The notes under the pieces are model-generated. The model worked only from the letters and a program-made list of their open reading frames with translations, made no database searches and was not told the DNA's origin. Shown one piece after another: positions 27,242 through 39,237 of a stretch of DNA of 64,000 nucleotides; position 1 is the first letter of the stretch; each line of letters starts with the position of its first letter. Position numbers and translations under genes: made by a program. The DNA is from Paraspadella gotoi (lineage: Eukaryota > Animalia > Chaetognatha), in NCBI GenBank assembly GCA_051294375.1, contig CM119263.1, positions 26,617,130-26,681,129 of the forward strand, given 5' to 3'.

Positions 27242-28545
27242 ATGGGCGCGTCGAGAATCTCATCCTCGGGAAGGACGAGACTTTGTTGAAAAAATAATTT
27301 CAAAGAGAGAGAGAGAGAGAGAGAGAGAAGAGAGAGAAGAAGAGAAGAGAGAGAGAGAAAGAGAAAAGATCCTCCTGTCAAGCCCTGTCATAACTTGAAT
27401 AGGATTTAGTTGAAAACCCTAATCTTCTCGGCAGAATTTCACTTTTCCCGCAAGCAGCTTTTTTTCGCTTCAAAAACTTCACAATCCTTATACAGTGATT
27501 GTAACAGTGATTATTTGAGTGACTTGAACTCACCAGTGGCAATTTTGGTCATTGCTACTCACATTGAAACTTCTCATTCCACTAATCATTGTGATTTTAG
27601 GCTTTCTCTTTATTTTGTGTATTTTTTTTCAGCTACAAGCATCGGTTTGCTTTCAAATATAAGATATTGAGATCGTTCAACATTACCTTTATTTTCATAA
27701 AAAAATATAAAATAAAAAATATCACATCTTCGACAGAAAAATAAAATATGTATATAATATCATTTATTCTAATGTCTTTTGTTTAAAGTGATGGTGTCAA
27801 GAATAATTAGTGAGTTAGAAAATAAATTTGGGGTGGATAAACTATATGGTTTGATAACATGGGAGGTTATGCGTAAATACTTCAGGCAAGTTTGATCTCA
27901 TAGTTAAACTTGGGTTGAAGTAAAGCTTGCGATGGTTATATCAGGATCGCAAGCGTAATTAAATTCGTATTACTAAAATCGTTAAAAAAAAAAACAAACA
28001 AATAAAGGAGGTAGTTAACGGCATGTAAAAAGTTAAAAAAAAGATTTTGTTCGGATTAAAAAACATCCGTTATTTCCCAGAGCTATACTTATCATTTTGT
28101 TATTAATCATTAATGATTATTGTTAATTAGCCTTTGCGGATACGCGCCGCGGGGTTAGGTTTGTGTCGAGACGCTTTCTCACATCTAATCGCTAATCGAT
28201 GCTTGATGCTTTTTTTGGTTAATAATAATAAGTAATAGAAATTAATGAAAGTTACCTGAGAAAGAAAATGCCAAGTGATCTCTTATTAATGGTGGTAGCA
28301 AAAGATTCATATCTTTCCTCTCTCAACTACTAATTGCGCGATTCGAGAAATTAAAGTAATAAAACGGAAGCAAGCAAAAACTCTCGTAACATTCGACTCT
28401 TTCTTTTGATGTTAGCGGTTTTAGCACCTGTGGCAAATGTCTGGCAGCCTTCTGCTACTCGCTCGCCGTTCGAGAGGTAGTAAGTCATTCTCTTTTTCGA
28501 GGTAAGTCAATCCAGACAGCCTTAGGTTTAGTTGCCGGAAGATAA

Positions 28546-28582
<37 letters not shown>

Positions 28583-29152
28583 GTTAGTCAGCATAACATC
28601 GGCGACGAGGTGAGAAATAAAGGAAAAAGGTGTTTATGATCGTTTTATAATTAGACGCGAAAAAAAATTTTTCGGCGCGAAAATGTTACACAAGATTCGT
28701 TTTTAATTTTTTTTAAACGGAAATAAATTTAAAATTAATTAATGAATTAATTTAAAAAAAGAAAAGAACTTATATACGTGATGACGGACGATTTCTCAAT
28801 GGAACAAAATGAATTAATTTTAGAAATAAGTGCATAATAGACAGTTTTTCAAAAAATAATTAATCGTTTTATTTTCTGTTTTATCTTTTAATCGTTTTAC
28901 ACGCAATCGACGTCAGATTCTTTCGCGGCTTCCGCCATCTTTGTTTTTTGTTTTGTTTTTTTTTCGTCGATAAAAACGTATTTTAAATTCGACGGAAAAA
29001 ATTGATTAATTCGACGCCCGAGAGAAAAAGAAAGATAGATTTTTGGTTTCGGGCGTCGCCGGGAGAGAACAGAGAGAGAGAGAGAGATCCGGCGTCAGAC
29101 GCCAAGAGGATTTGGTCGCCAACGGGATGACCACTTTTAGTCATGGGACGAC

Positions 29153-29186
<34 letters not shown>

Positions 29187-30160
29187 TGAGAGAGAGAGAG
29201 AGAGAGAGAAGAAGAAACAAAGGAAATATACCTAGAAAAGATAAAAAAATTCCTTGTCCTAAGAAAAGAGAACCGGGACCAAAGATCCCGAGATTGGTTC
29301 TCTTGGGGTCGTCAACCTTCGACTCTGTCTCTATCTCGCTTGGAACCTCCTCGCACGCAATTCTCTCTATATACCTATCTTTTTTAGACTCACTCCGGGT
29401 TACATGGACTCGACCTCTCTATTTTTTTTCGCTGGGTAACCTTTTCTTTCTTTTTTTTTAACCCGTGGAACCAAAGAGCAAAAATGACCGNNNNNNNNNN
29501 NNNNNNNNNNNNNNNNNNNNNNNNNNNNNNNNNNNNNNNNNNNNNNNNNNNNNNNNNNNNNNNNNNNNNNNNNNNNNNNNNNNNNNNNNNNNNNNNNNNN
29601 NNNNNNNNNNNNNNNNNNNNNNNNNNNNNNNNNNNNNNNNNNNNNNNNNNNNNNNNNNNNNNNNNNNNNNNNNNNNNNNNNNNNNNNNNNNNNNNNNNNN
29701 NNNNNNNNNNNNNNNNNNNCCTCGAGGATTTTTTTGATGACGAGGCGTTTTGCCGGAAATGGGGAGGTCATGGTTGGAGTGGGCGTGATCGTGGTTCTGG
29801 TGGGCCTGATTGTGGTCGAGAAAAGATAATGTAAGGGCGAAAGAAAGTTGCCTATCGTGTAGGTGTGGCTGGAAGAGACAGAAGTGGGTAAGTACTAAGT
29901 AATGAGAGTGACAGGTCGGGTAAACCAATCGAAACGGGCGACATTAAGGTGAGGAAAGTCGCCTGACCCGCGAAAGAATCTTTTTGACGCGAAGACGATT
30001 ATTTGCTGATAACATCATGTGTTTGGTTTTTTTATGCAAGAAAAAAAGAGGCGTCAGAAGCCAGACGAGTCACGAAATGGTCAAAAAGATATTATTTACA
30101 TATTATTTATAAATTATATTAAAGGATTTTTTATTTATTTATCTCATCTAATCATGTATA

Positions 30161-30197
<37 letters not shown>

Positions 30198-33100
30198 NNN
30201 NNNNNNNNNNNNNNNNNNNNNNNNNNNNNNNNNNNNNNNNNNNNNNNNNNNNNNNNNNNNNNNNNNNNNNNNNNNNNNNNNNNNNNNNNNNNNNNNNNNN
30301 NNNNNNNNNNNNNNNNNNNNNNNNNNNNNNNNNNNNNNNNNNNNNNNNNNNNNNNNNNNNNNNNNNNNNNNNNNNNNNNNNNNNNNNNNNNNNNNNNNNN
30401 NNNNNNNNNNNNNNNNNNNNNNNNNNNNNNNNNNNNNNNNNNNNNNNNNNNNNNNNNNNNNNNNNNNNNNNNNNNNNNNNNNNNNNNNNNNNNNNNNNNN
30501 NNNNNNNNNNNNNNNNNNNNNNNNNNNNNNNNNNNNNNNNNNNNNNNNNNNNNNNNNNNNNNNNNNNNNNNNNNNNNNNNNNNNNNNNNNNNNNNNNNNN
30601 NNNNNNNNNNNNNNNNNNNNNNNNNNNNNNNNNNNNNNNNNNNNNNNNNNNNNNNNNNNNNNNNNNNNNNNNNNNNNNNNNNNNNNNNNAATTTTCAAGT
30701 TTTTTTCCATGAGAAAGTTAATCCGTCACCATAAAAAAAAAGAAAAAAAAATCCTTCACTAGTTAAAAAAAAATGTTATTAAAATGTGAATGGTGAAACA
30801 ACAGGTGCGGAGATTGAAACAAACGTTTTTTACGCTATGTAGTTGTTTAGTTAGATAATCAATTAATACCAACGAGTCTTTTTTTCCTTTGAAATTCCAA
30901 GGGACGAAGGATGTTAATAGATATCAGTATTTTCAAGCTAATATATGCATGTATGTATATTGATTCTCTCATTAGTAATGGTTTGTTTCTCTTTGCACTT
31001 TTTTTTTAATAAATTTTGTTTTGAAAACGCTCCTTTTGAAATAAATAGTATACCAAAAAAAAAAAAGAAAAAATCACAAAACAAAAAGGAACTGTTAAGT
31101 ACACGGAAGACTAGTCTGTGGTGTTTTGGGTTACAGTATGACAAGATTCTGCAAAATTAAACAAACACAAACACAAGAAGAAAAAACATGTCATCAATTA
31201 TTGCTCGAGTACGATTGACTTGTTCGTGCTTAGTTCTTAAGTAATAAGAAGTATGGCGGGGTCCATTTAGTTATATAATAATTCCTATTTATCAATTTTA
31301 TTTTGATAAACTAGCACGAACAATGTATTAATAACAAGAGTAATTACCATAATAAAAAAAAAACCGAATGACACGATTTAAGTGAGAGCAAGTTTAGCTA
31401 AAAAAAAAAAATTTTCGATTTCTTCAATATGTACAAATTGGGTAAAATCCGAGGGTAGTCGTAGCCGAGGTAAATTGGGTTGATTAAAAGTTTAATTCCA
31501 TTTAGATTTTTAGATATGAATTTTATAAATAAAAAAAAGTGTATTTACTTTCGAACCAAATACAGTCAGATTCTTTTTGTTTGGATATTTAATAATTTTA
31601 AATAGTACGCAAAACAGAATTTGTTTAGATATAATTTTTTTTTAAATATGAGAATACAAACAAAAAAATTATCTAACACACGTTTTAACTCTATTAGGAA
31701 TCATTGTTAAACCGTTAATATTTACCAAAACCCAGCCTTCCAACAAGATCAGAAGAAATATGTCTTTAACGTTACGTTACATAAATTTAAATCGAAATAT
31801 ATATACTCACATTTAACGGGTCGGCTAAGTCTACCGTAAGAGAGAAAAGGGCACTTTATGGTTCGGAGGTCCTTGTTTGAGCAAATGAATACGCGGCCGG
31901 AGGCATCGATCTTTGGATCGACTGATAAATCTGTATCGATTGATATATCAGGGTTAATAAATTCATATCGATCGGTCTGTCGATCGGCAGATCAACCGCC
32001 TCCGCCGCAGCCCCTGCCGCCCCCGCCGCCGCCGCCGCCGCGTCTCGGCTTTTCCGTCTCAAAAAGTCAAATTTTAAGAAAAACGGAACAAATGAAAATT
32101 CGATTTAAATTTTTCCCGCCATTTGTTTTTAAAATTTCGGTTATGACACTGTATCGGACGGTCGTCGCTTATATGAGATACTCTCTTTTCTTAAATAGTT
32201 ATTTTATATTGAACAAATTTCAAACCAGGGCGAAGGGGAAAATTAACTGAGAAATAAATTTAAAAAGCAACGCCTCTTTCTCACCATATCTTTTGTTTCC
32301 AAGCAGAGCGGCGCTAATTAAAAAAAAAAAAAGAAAATCCTGAGTTATTTTACAAAAGGAGACGGAAATTATTAAAATTAATGGCATTCGCGTCGTTATT
32401 AATCGGTGCTACTGATCGCGGGGGAAAAAAAACGGGCGGAGGGGAAAACAAATGAGCAAAAAATCATGAGAGGCGAATCATGAGCCGAGTGTCTCTGGCG
32501 GACGGTACGCGAAGCTTTTCCTTGTTACTTTGTTACTAAGGATCGAGTAAAACTGGAGGGAGTGATATAGAAATTTAAAAAAAAATAGTGAAAGGAATAT
32601 TAGCGAAAAAAAAGTAATAAAAAGAGGAGTGAGGCGAGTCGGAATAAAGATATGAAAACGCGACCGTCGCTATGCAAGGTTTCCATGGTTACTTTGCCTC
32701 GCTCTCTCGCTCTCTCGCTCTCTTTCTCCGGAACTCAGAAATATGAAATAGAAGAAATAATAATAATTATAACAACAATAAAATGGAACGAAAAAAAAAG
32801 AGAAATGCTGATTGAGCCATAATTTTCCAAAAAAAAGTAAGGAGGAAAAAAAATAATACAACCCGCTGATACAATAAAAAATGAAATTAAGACCCCCAAG
32901 CTGTCCTTGTCGTTTTCGTCTTCCATTTATATCCTTTTTTTTTACCGCCGTCGACGTCCGTCCATTTTATTCATATTTAGATTCAGGTTTTATTNNNNNN
33001 NNNNNNNNNNNNNNNNNNNNNNNNNNNNNNNNNNNNNNNNNNNNNNNNNNNNNNNNNNNNNNNNNNNNNNNNNNNNNNNNNNNNNNNNNNNNNNNNNNNN

Positions 33101-33266
33101 NNNNNNNNNNNNNNNNNNNNNNNNNNNNNNNNNNNNNNNNNNNNNNNNNNNNNNNNNNNNNNNNNNNNNNNNNNNNNNNNNCTCTCTCTCTCTCTCTTTT
33201 CCTGACGCCGGCGAGAAAAGGGGGAGGTGGGGCAGAGGGATGAAGGGCCTTTCTTTTTTTTCGGTT

Positions 33267-34348
33267 TCACGACAAGCTGACCCGCGGATAAGGATGTTGC
33301 CTCAGGTTGTTTAATTGTCTCAATTTGTTCATGGCTCCGGCGTTGGAGGCGTCGAGCGTCCCGTTGTAGTCGAGCAGTTGCGGCGAGAGGGCGGCGTAGG
33401 CGGCGGCGTTGACGTCCGGATATGAAGGGAAGACGAGGCCGGCCGCCGCCGCCGCNNNNNNNNNNNNNNNNNNNNNNNNNNNNNNNNNNNNNNNNNNNNN
33501 NNNNNNNNNNNNNNNNNNNNNNNNNNNNNNNNNNNNNNNNNNNNNNNNNNNNNNNNNNNNNNNNNNNNNNNNNNNNNNNNNNNNNNNNNNNNNNNNNNNN
33601 NNNNNNNNNNNNNNNNNNNNNNNNNNNNNNNNNNNNNNNNNNNNNNNNNNNNNNNNNNNNNNNNNNNNNNNNNNNNNNNNNNNNNNNNNNNNNNNNNNNN
33701 NNNNNNNNNNNNNNNNNNNNNNNNNNATCCGTTGCCGCCTTTGCCGCTGCCCTTGTCCCGATAGGTGCCGTTGATGATGGCCAGTTCCATGAGCTGTCGT
33801 TTCTTGAGGTCATCCTCGCCCTCTTGCGACGGAACGAGGAGACGCTTGATCTCATCCAGCGCCCTCTTCATTCGCACGGCCGCGCGGTCCGCCGTGTCCT
33901 CCACCGTGATGAGGACGTGAAGGTCTTCGTTGAGGTGTTCCCAATTTGGTTTCCCTCGGTTCTGATCTTCCTTCTTCTTGTCCCTCATGGAGCCTTTCCC
34001 ACGCACCATGATCTTGCAGCCCGTGTCCTGTTCGAGCTGTTTGGCCGTCATCCCGCGAGGACCAAGGATGCGGCCAACGAAGTTAAAGTCCGGGTGTTCC
34101 TTGACGGGCACGAAGACCTTCTCGGTCAAGGTGGCCTTTGGCTCGTTAGCCCCGGCGTCTGGTAGTTCCATCGGCGACTTGGCAGAGTCCGTGTAGAACA
34201 TTTGACCGCGGACGCGAGATATTTCGTTGTCAAGGAGACGCTCGAGATGGAGAAAGACGTTGGGGAAGGCGGAAATCTGCTTCTTGTCCTTCAAGAGTTG
34301 GGTCAAGTATTCCGCCGAGTTGTTGTCCACCGAAGGGGGGATCGCCAT
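33267..34348 (-). CDS. qki: Quaking / held-out-wings (How) STAR-family RNA-binding protein (QUA1-KH-QUA2 plus C-terminal RxHPYxR tail); middle hidden by N gap 33456-33726
   Basis: Translation has QUA1 ([35 protein letters not shown]), KH ([48 protein letters not shown]...[16 protein letters not shown]) and QUA2 ([23 protein letters not shown]), very close to QKI/How. ATG at 34348 is in strong Kozak context (cccgccATGG). Manual translation after the gap from 33455 gives [62 protein letters not shown], stop at 33269-33267. An upstream coding exon is not excluded. Confidence 0.96.
33456..33726. other. Assembly gap inside the quaking CDS (one of more than 20 N gaps; several are exactly 25 N, e.g. 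12901-12925, 34808-34832, 36576-36600, 48471-48495, 50982-51006, 56135-56159, 58327-58351)
   Basis: N runs read directly. Confidence 0.99.
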
Positions 34349-34374
34349 GGCGGGGGAGGGGGACGGTTGAGACA

Positions 34375-34410
34375 CTGGAAAGAAGGGGGGAGGGAAAGAG
34401 GGTATTAGCT
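34375..34410 (-). promoter_or_regulatory. 3' splice acceptor (branch point, polypyrimidine tract, CAG) upstream of the quaking ATG
   Basis: Minus strand reads agCTAATaccctctttccctccccccttctttcCAG|tgtctc: CTAAT branch-like motif at 34408-34404, ~25-nt pure pyrimidine tract, CAG at 34377-34375. Confidence 0.75.
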
Positions 34411-35385
34411 AATATGAAGACGGTTTACAATAAATACATTCGATTGTACGCGTCTCATGAGCAACGGTGGAAAAATCGATCGTGGGCGTTGTGAGCGATT
34501 TTTTTTTATCGAGCTTTGAATCGCCCACATTTACGGTTGACGGATGAAAGGACGACGTTGAATCTGTGGATGATTGTCTCAAAACAAAAACTCATTCGTC
34601 TTCACCCACGCGTTTTTTTTACGAACGTTCGACCAGAAGGAACGTTCGAGAATTAAAGTATTAATAAAAATAGAATTCAATGTGAATTTATAACAAAAAA
34701 AGGCGAGCGGAAGAGGCCCAACGAAGAATTGTTTTGTTTAAAAATCGATCGATAAAGAAGAATAGTAATCGTGCGAAATGAATAAAAAATTATTAAAAAA
34801 AAAAAGGNNNNNNNNNNNNNNNNNNNNNNNNNAGACTGGAAATGTATGAAATTATTTTTGAAACTCTGAGAATAGGAAAAAGAGGAATGAGATCGCCTTG
34901 CAACCCGAAGCGCGAGAGACTAGAGAAGAGAGAGAGAATCAATTTTCATACTAAAGATGCCGTGGGAGAAGAGAGACGAGATGAAGAGAGAGAGAGGAGA
35001 GAGAGAAAGGATAGAGAGAGAGGAGAGATGGTAAAGTGGGGGGAGAAGATAACGGAGGGAGAAGAGATAACGGAGGAGGAGGAAGAGGATGAGAAAGCTG
35101 AGAATGAAAAGCGAGAGGCTTTTGAGCGGAGGCCCCCTCGGCCCGGGACCCGAGAGTCGCGGGCGCAAAACATCACGATTTTCGAAGTTTTGATTGAAAT
35201 TTTGTTTTGAGAAAAAAAGAGAGAGCGAGAGAGACAGACAGATGGAGAAGGAGACCGAGTGACTGAGATAGAGAACGTCGGAATATTTGATACAAAAAAA
35301 TTTTAAAAGTAAAAAAAAACGTAAGCGACAATAAATCCACGAGCGAAATGTTGGCAAGGATTTTGGTTTTACTAAATTCCAATTT

Positions 35386-35482
<97 letters not shown>

Positions 35483-35822
35483 TTTTCATCGTCCCGAATC
35501 GAGTTTTATGACTTTCCCCCGTCAGAAAAGAGAAGCGTACATCAAGCCAAGGTGGATATTGTATGAGGTCGCAATGCTAAACGTTATATTGCTTTTTTCT
35601 TATTTGTTGTTCGTTTAGTACAGTTTAATTTTTTTTCGGTAATTGGTTAAACAAATTGTTAAAAAAAAAAGCCGATGGAGGTGAACTCTGGCGAAAAATT
35701 AAAAAAAAATGTTTAAAATTTCGAAACAAAAGACAATCAATTGCTGGATGGATAAAAAAAGCATCTGTGATTCATACCGACCCGTGCTTAAAAACGAAAA
35801 GTGAAAACGGAGCTGAAAATTC

Positions 35823-35909
<87 letters not shown>

Positions 35910-36885
35910 CGATAAGCAGCTGATAAAAGGCTTCTCAACCTCTCATAGTGTCGGCCAGGGTGGATGGTGTATTGAGTTTCGCCGTGAATTTCGAGGTCTG
36001 CATACTTATGACCGAGGCGCAGTATAATCACGAAAAGAAACGTGAGCTCGAGAGTTTTTTTTTAGTATAGAAAGTGAAGAGAAATAAATCTAGAAACTTT
36101 TGGAAAAATGTATTTTAACTAACGCCTCTTCGCCGTGGGCCTTCAAGTTTTTTTTTGCTCACTTTGAAAAAAAATGTTCTCCTTTTATTTAGAAGAGAAG
36201 AAAATTGAAAAGGACAGGACGTTTCACCGACTCGAGAATTTATCATCTCTTATCCTATTTTTTTGTCATAAAAAGGAGCAACTGTAAAATTTTGAAAAAA
36301 AATATTTTCATTTTAAAAAAAAAAAAGCTTATTAGAAGAAAATTGTAAAGAGTTTAAAAAATATAATAACTGTTTACACTAGTTTTTAAATTGAATTTGA
36401 AAGGATTTAATCATAATAATTAAATTAGTTTTTTTTAAACCTTTAAATTGTCCGACCATAAAGTATTTTTGTGAAGTCGCCCTTAGAAAACCCGCAGATA
36501 CGAAATAACTTAAATCTCCAGCGATGAATTATGATGCCAAGAAAAAAAAAGGGCGATATCGATAAAGTTTGGAGANNNNNNNNNNNNNNNNNNNNNNNNN
36601 GAGCGAAGAGAGAAATTGAAGAGAGAGACTGAAGAGAGAGGACGGAGATGGAGAGAAGGAGAGAAGAGAATGTGTATGTTGATAGAAAAAAAGATTTTGG
36701 TTTTTATCCCCGACACGCCGAAAAAAGACGAGTTGCTAAGCGAAGGGTTAAAGAATGAGAAGAGAGAGAGAGAAGAGGAAGAGGAAGGGTCAATGAGGAG
36801 GGAGGGAGAAGAGAGCAGAGTGAAGAGACGGACGAGAGAGGTCCGAGCGAGGGTCTCGGTCTGAGAGATGACGAACTGAGAGAAT

Positions 36886-36922
<37 letters not shown>

Positions 36923-37057
36923 CTCTCCAAGCACGTAGACGTAGATTTTATACTGATTGAATAATTTTTTTTCGGTCTGGCCTCTTGTTTATAATTTAAA
37001 AGGAAAAAAACCAGTTTTCATTATCTTACGTCGCTTCCCCGCTGGCAAAACTTCTCA

Positions 37058-37088
<31 letters not shown>

Positions 37089-39205
37089 CTTCTCCTTCTT
37101 CTTCTTCTTCTCCCTATTTTGGATTTTAAACTAATTTTTACACATTTGTTTTGTAGCTTCTCTTTTCTCATATTTCTTTTTTTTTAATATTTAGTTTCTA
37201 ATTGAGGATTTTTCCTTATCTTAATTTCCTTTTTTAGTACATATTCTTTTTTTAGTTTTATATTTTCTTCTTTTTTGTCTTCTTCTTCAGCCTTGTTATC
37301 TCAAAGTGAAGAGTGATTTCGCATAATATTTAACTAATTAAGCTATTCTTAAACAGTTGTCATCCTATTTTTTTGGTATTATATACTTTCAGGAAAAAAA
37401 CACAACGGTCTCTGCAGCTTGTTTAACAAGAAACGTAACTCATATTTTTTTCACTTATATATTTAACTTCTTTTTTCTCTCCTTCTCATATTACTTTTAT
37501 TATTTTCTGTATTTCCATTTATAATTTTTATAACATTTTTTTACTTCTTTTTCGAATTAGGAGCGTGACCCAAAAAATTCTAATTGAATAAATTGGCAAA
37601 GGTCTCTTGATTTTTCAAAGAAGTAGAAACGTTGCCAAGAGCGTTGTATTTTTTTCTTTAATTCTTTCTCCCCTTTTTTCTTTTTTTTTAAATATTTTTA
37701 AACGATCGTTAGGCAACGCGCGTATTAAAAACTTTATCTCCCGTAGATTTCGTAGTAAAAACATTAACGATGGCATATGACGTAAAAAAGTAGTAACGAG
37801 GAAAATATAAAACATGAAATGTTTCAGTTTTAAAAGTGTAGCAGTTTACGATCGAAAATCCGGAAAAATAAAAAGAAATTTGGAGAGAGAATAGAAACTC
37901 GTGCGACAGTCAAGTTTTTTCGATGAGAATTTTGGGCTCGAATCTTTTTTTAGTTCGGTGCCCGGGAATGCCGAAGGGAGCTCTGCATGTCCGGATCAAA
38001 TGTTCATGGCTCTGGGACTCATGTTTGGGATATAAAAGCGAAGGTCCGAGCGCGAGTTCAGGTTCCCGGGTCAGGAAGGACGTTCCTGTGGGAATTAAGG
38101 AAAATGACCGAAGGTATCGGGGCGGAATCTGAGGATCTTAGACAAGTACAACATCGAAACGAAAGACATGTTCGATTGAAAAAAAATATGAATTTTCGTT
38201 TTACAATGTACTCAAGAGCCAAGGACAATTGTTGAAGGATACTTTTGTACAAAGGAACGAGCGAGTTGTTAAAAACTAAATGAGAACCGATGCTAAGAGA
38301 AAAGAAGACGTTAATAGGTGGACGAACTAATGGTGGGTCGGATCAATGAGTGGAAGCCTCACTGCCTCGATCAATGAAAGTCGTCGTTAATGATGGAACG
38401 CGTTCGCCTTGAATCCTCCTTTCGCTTTTTAGACTCAGAATACGAATGTCAACGACCAAGACTTTTTTTTAACATCGTTTTTTCTTTTTACTTTTATGTT
38501 CANNNNNNNNNNNNNNNNNNNNNNATGAAAACATTAAAACTGTTTTCGATTCTAACTTTTCGTCACCCAAACTGTTTTGGAAAAAAGACGTCAAACTGGT
38601 TTATAATTCGAGTGATGAATCGACTGACGAATTTTTCGTTCTCTTCTCTGAANNNNNNNNNNNNNNNNNNNNNNNNNTATTTTAAAGTTCAATTCGCGTC
38701 GCACAGATGTAAGCAAGATAAGGCAGAAAAGAGAGAGCATAGAAAAGAGAAGAGAACAGAAGAAGAAAAGAAGAGAATAAGAGAGAAGGATAATTAGTGA
38801 TACCACCTCGAATATCCTCTCTGTGTGAAATCATCGAAAACTATTTCAAGTGCACCGAAAAAAATTTGAAAAAAAATCCCATGGGAAAAACTTTAGTGGA
38901 AAAGAACCAGAGAAGATCGTAACGAAGAAATAGGGCGATTTTGAATTTCCAACAGCGNNNNNNNNNNNNNNNNNNNNNNNNNNNNNNNNNNNNNNNNNNN
39001 NNNNNNNNNNNNNNNNNNNNNNNNNNNNNNNNNNNNNNNNNNNNNNNNNNNNNNNNNNNNNNNNNNNNNNNNNNNNNNNNNNNNNNNNNNNNNNNNNNNN
39101 NNNNNNNNNNNNNNNNNNNNNNNNNNNNNNNNNNNNNNNNNNNNNNNNNNNNNNNNNNNNNNNNNNNNNNNNNNNNNNNNNNNNNNNNNNNNNNNNNNNN
39201 NNNNN

Positions 39206-39237
<32 letters not shown>

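Noticed and set aside
33329-33455. ORF-track C-terminus [41 protein letters not shown] for quaking
   Set aside because: Frame set by the estimated gap length; another frame gives the family-typical Tyr-rich segment and RxHPYxR motif.
32983-34196. Overlapping or antisense ORFs (32983-33855 -, 33422-34165 +, 33978-34196 +)
   Set aside because: Shadows of the GC-rich quaking CDS plus N runs.
34349-34375. GTG start adding MSQPSPSPA
   Set aside because: The GTG overlaps the splice-acceptor AG; the ATG at 34348 has strong Kozak context.
38029-38040. TATA box (TATAAAAG) on + strand
   Set aside because: Isolated motif with no downstream gene evidence; expected by chance in AT-rich DNA.
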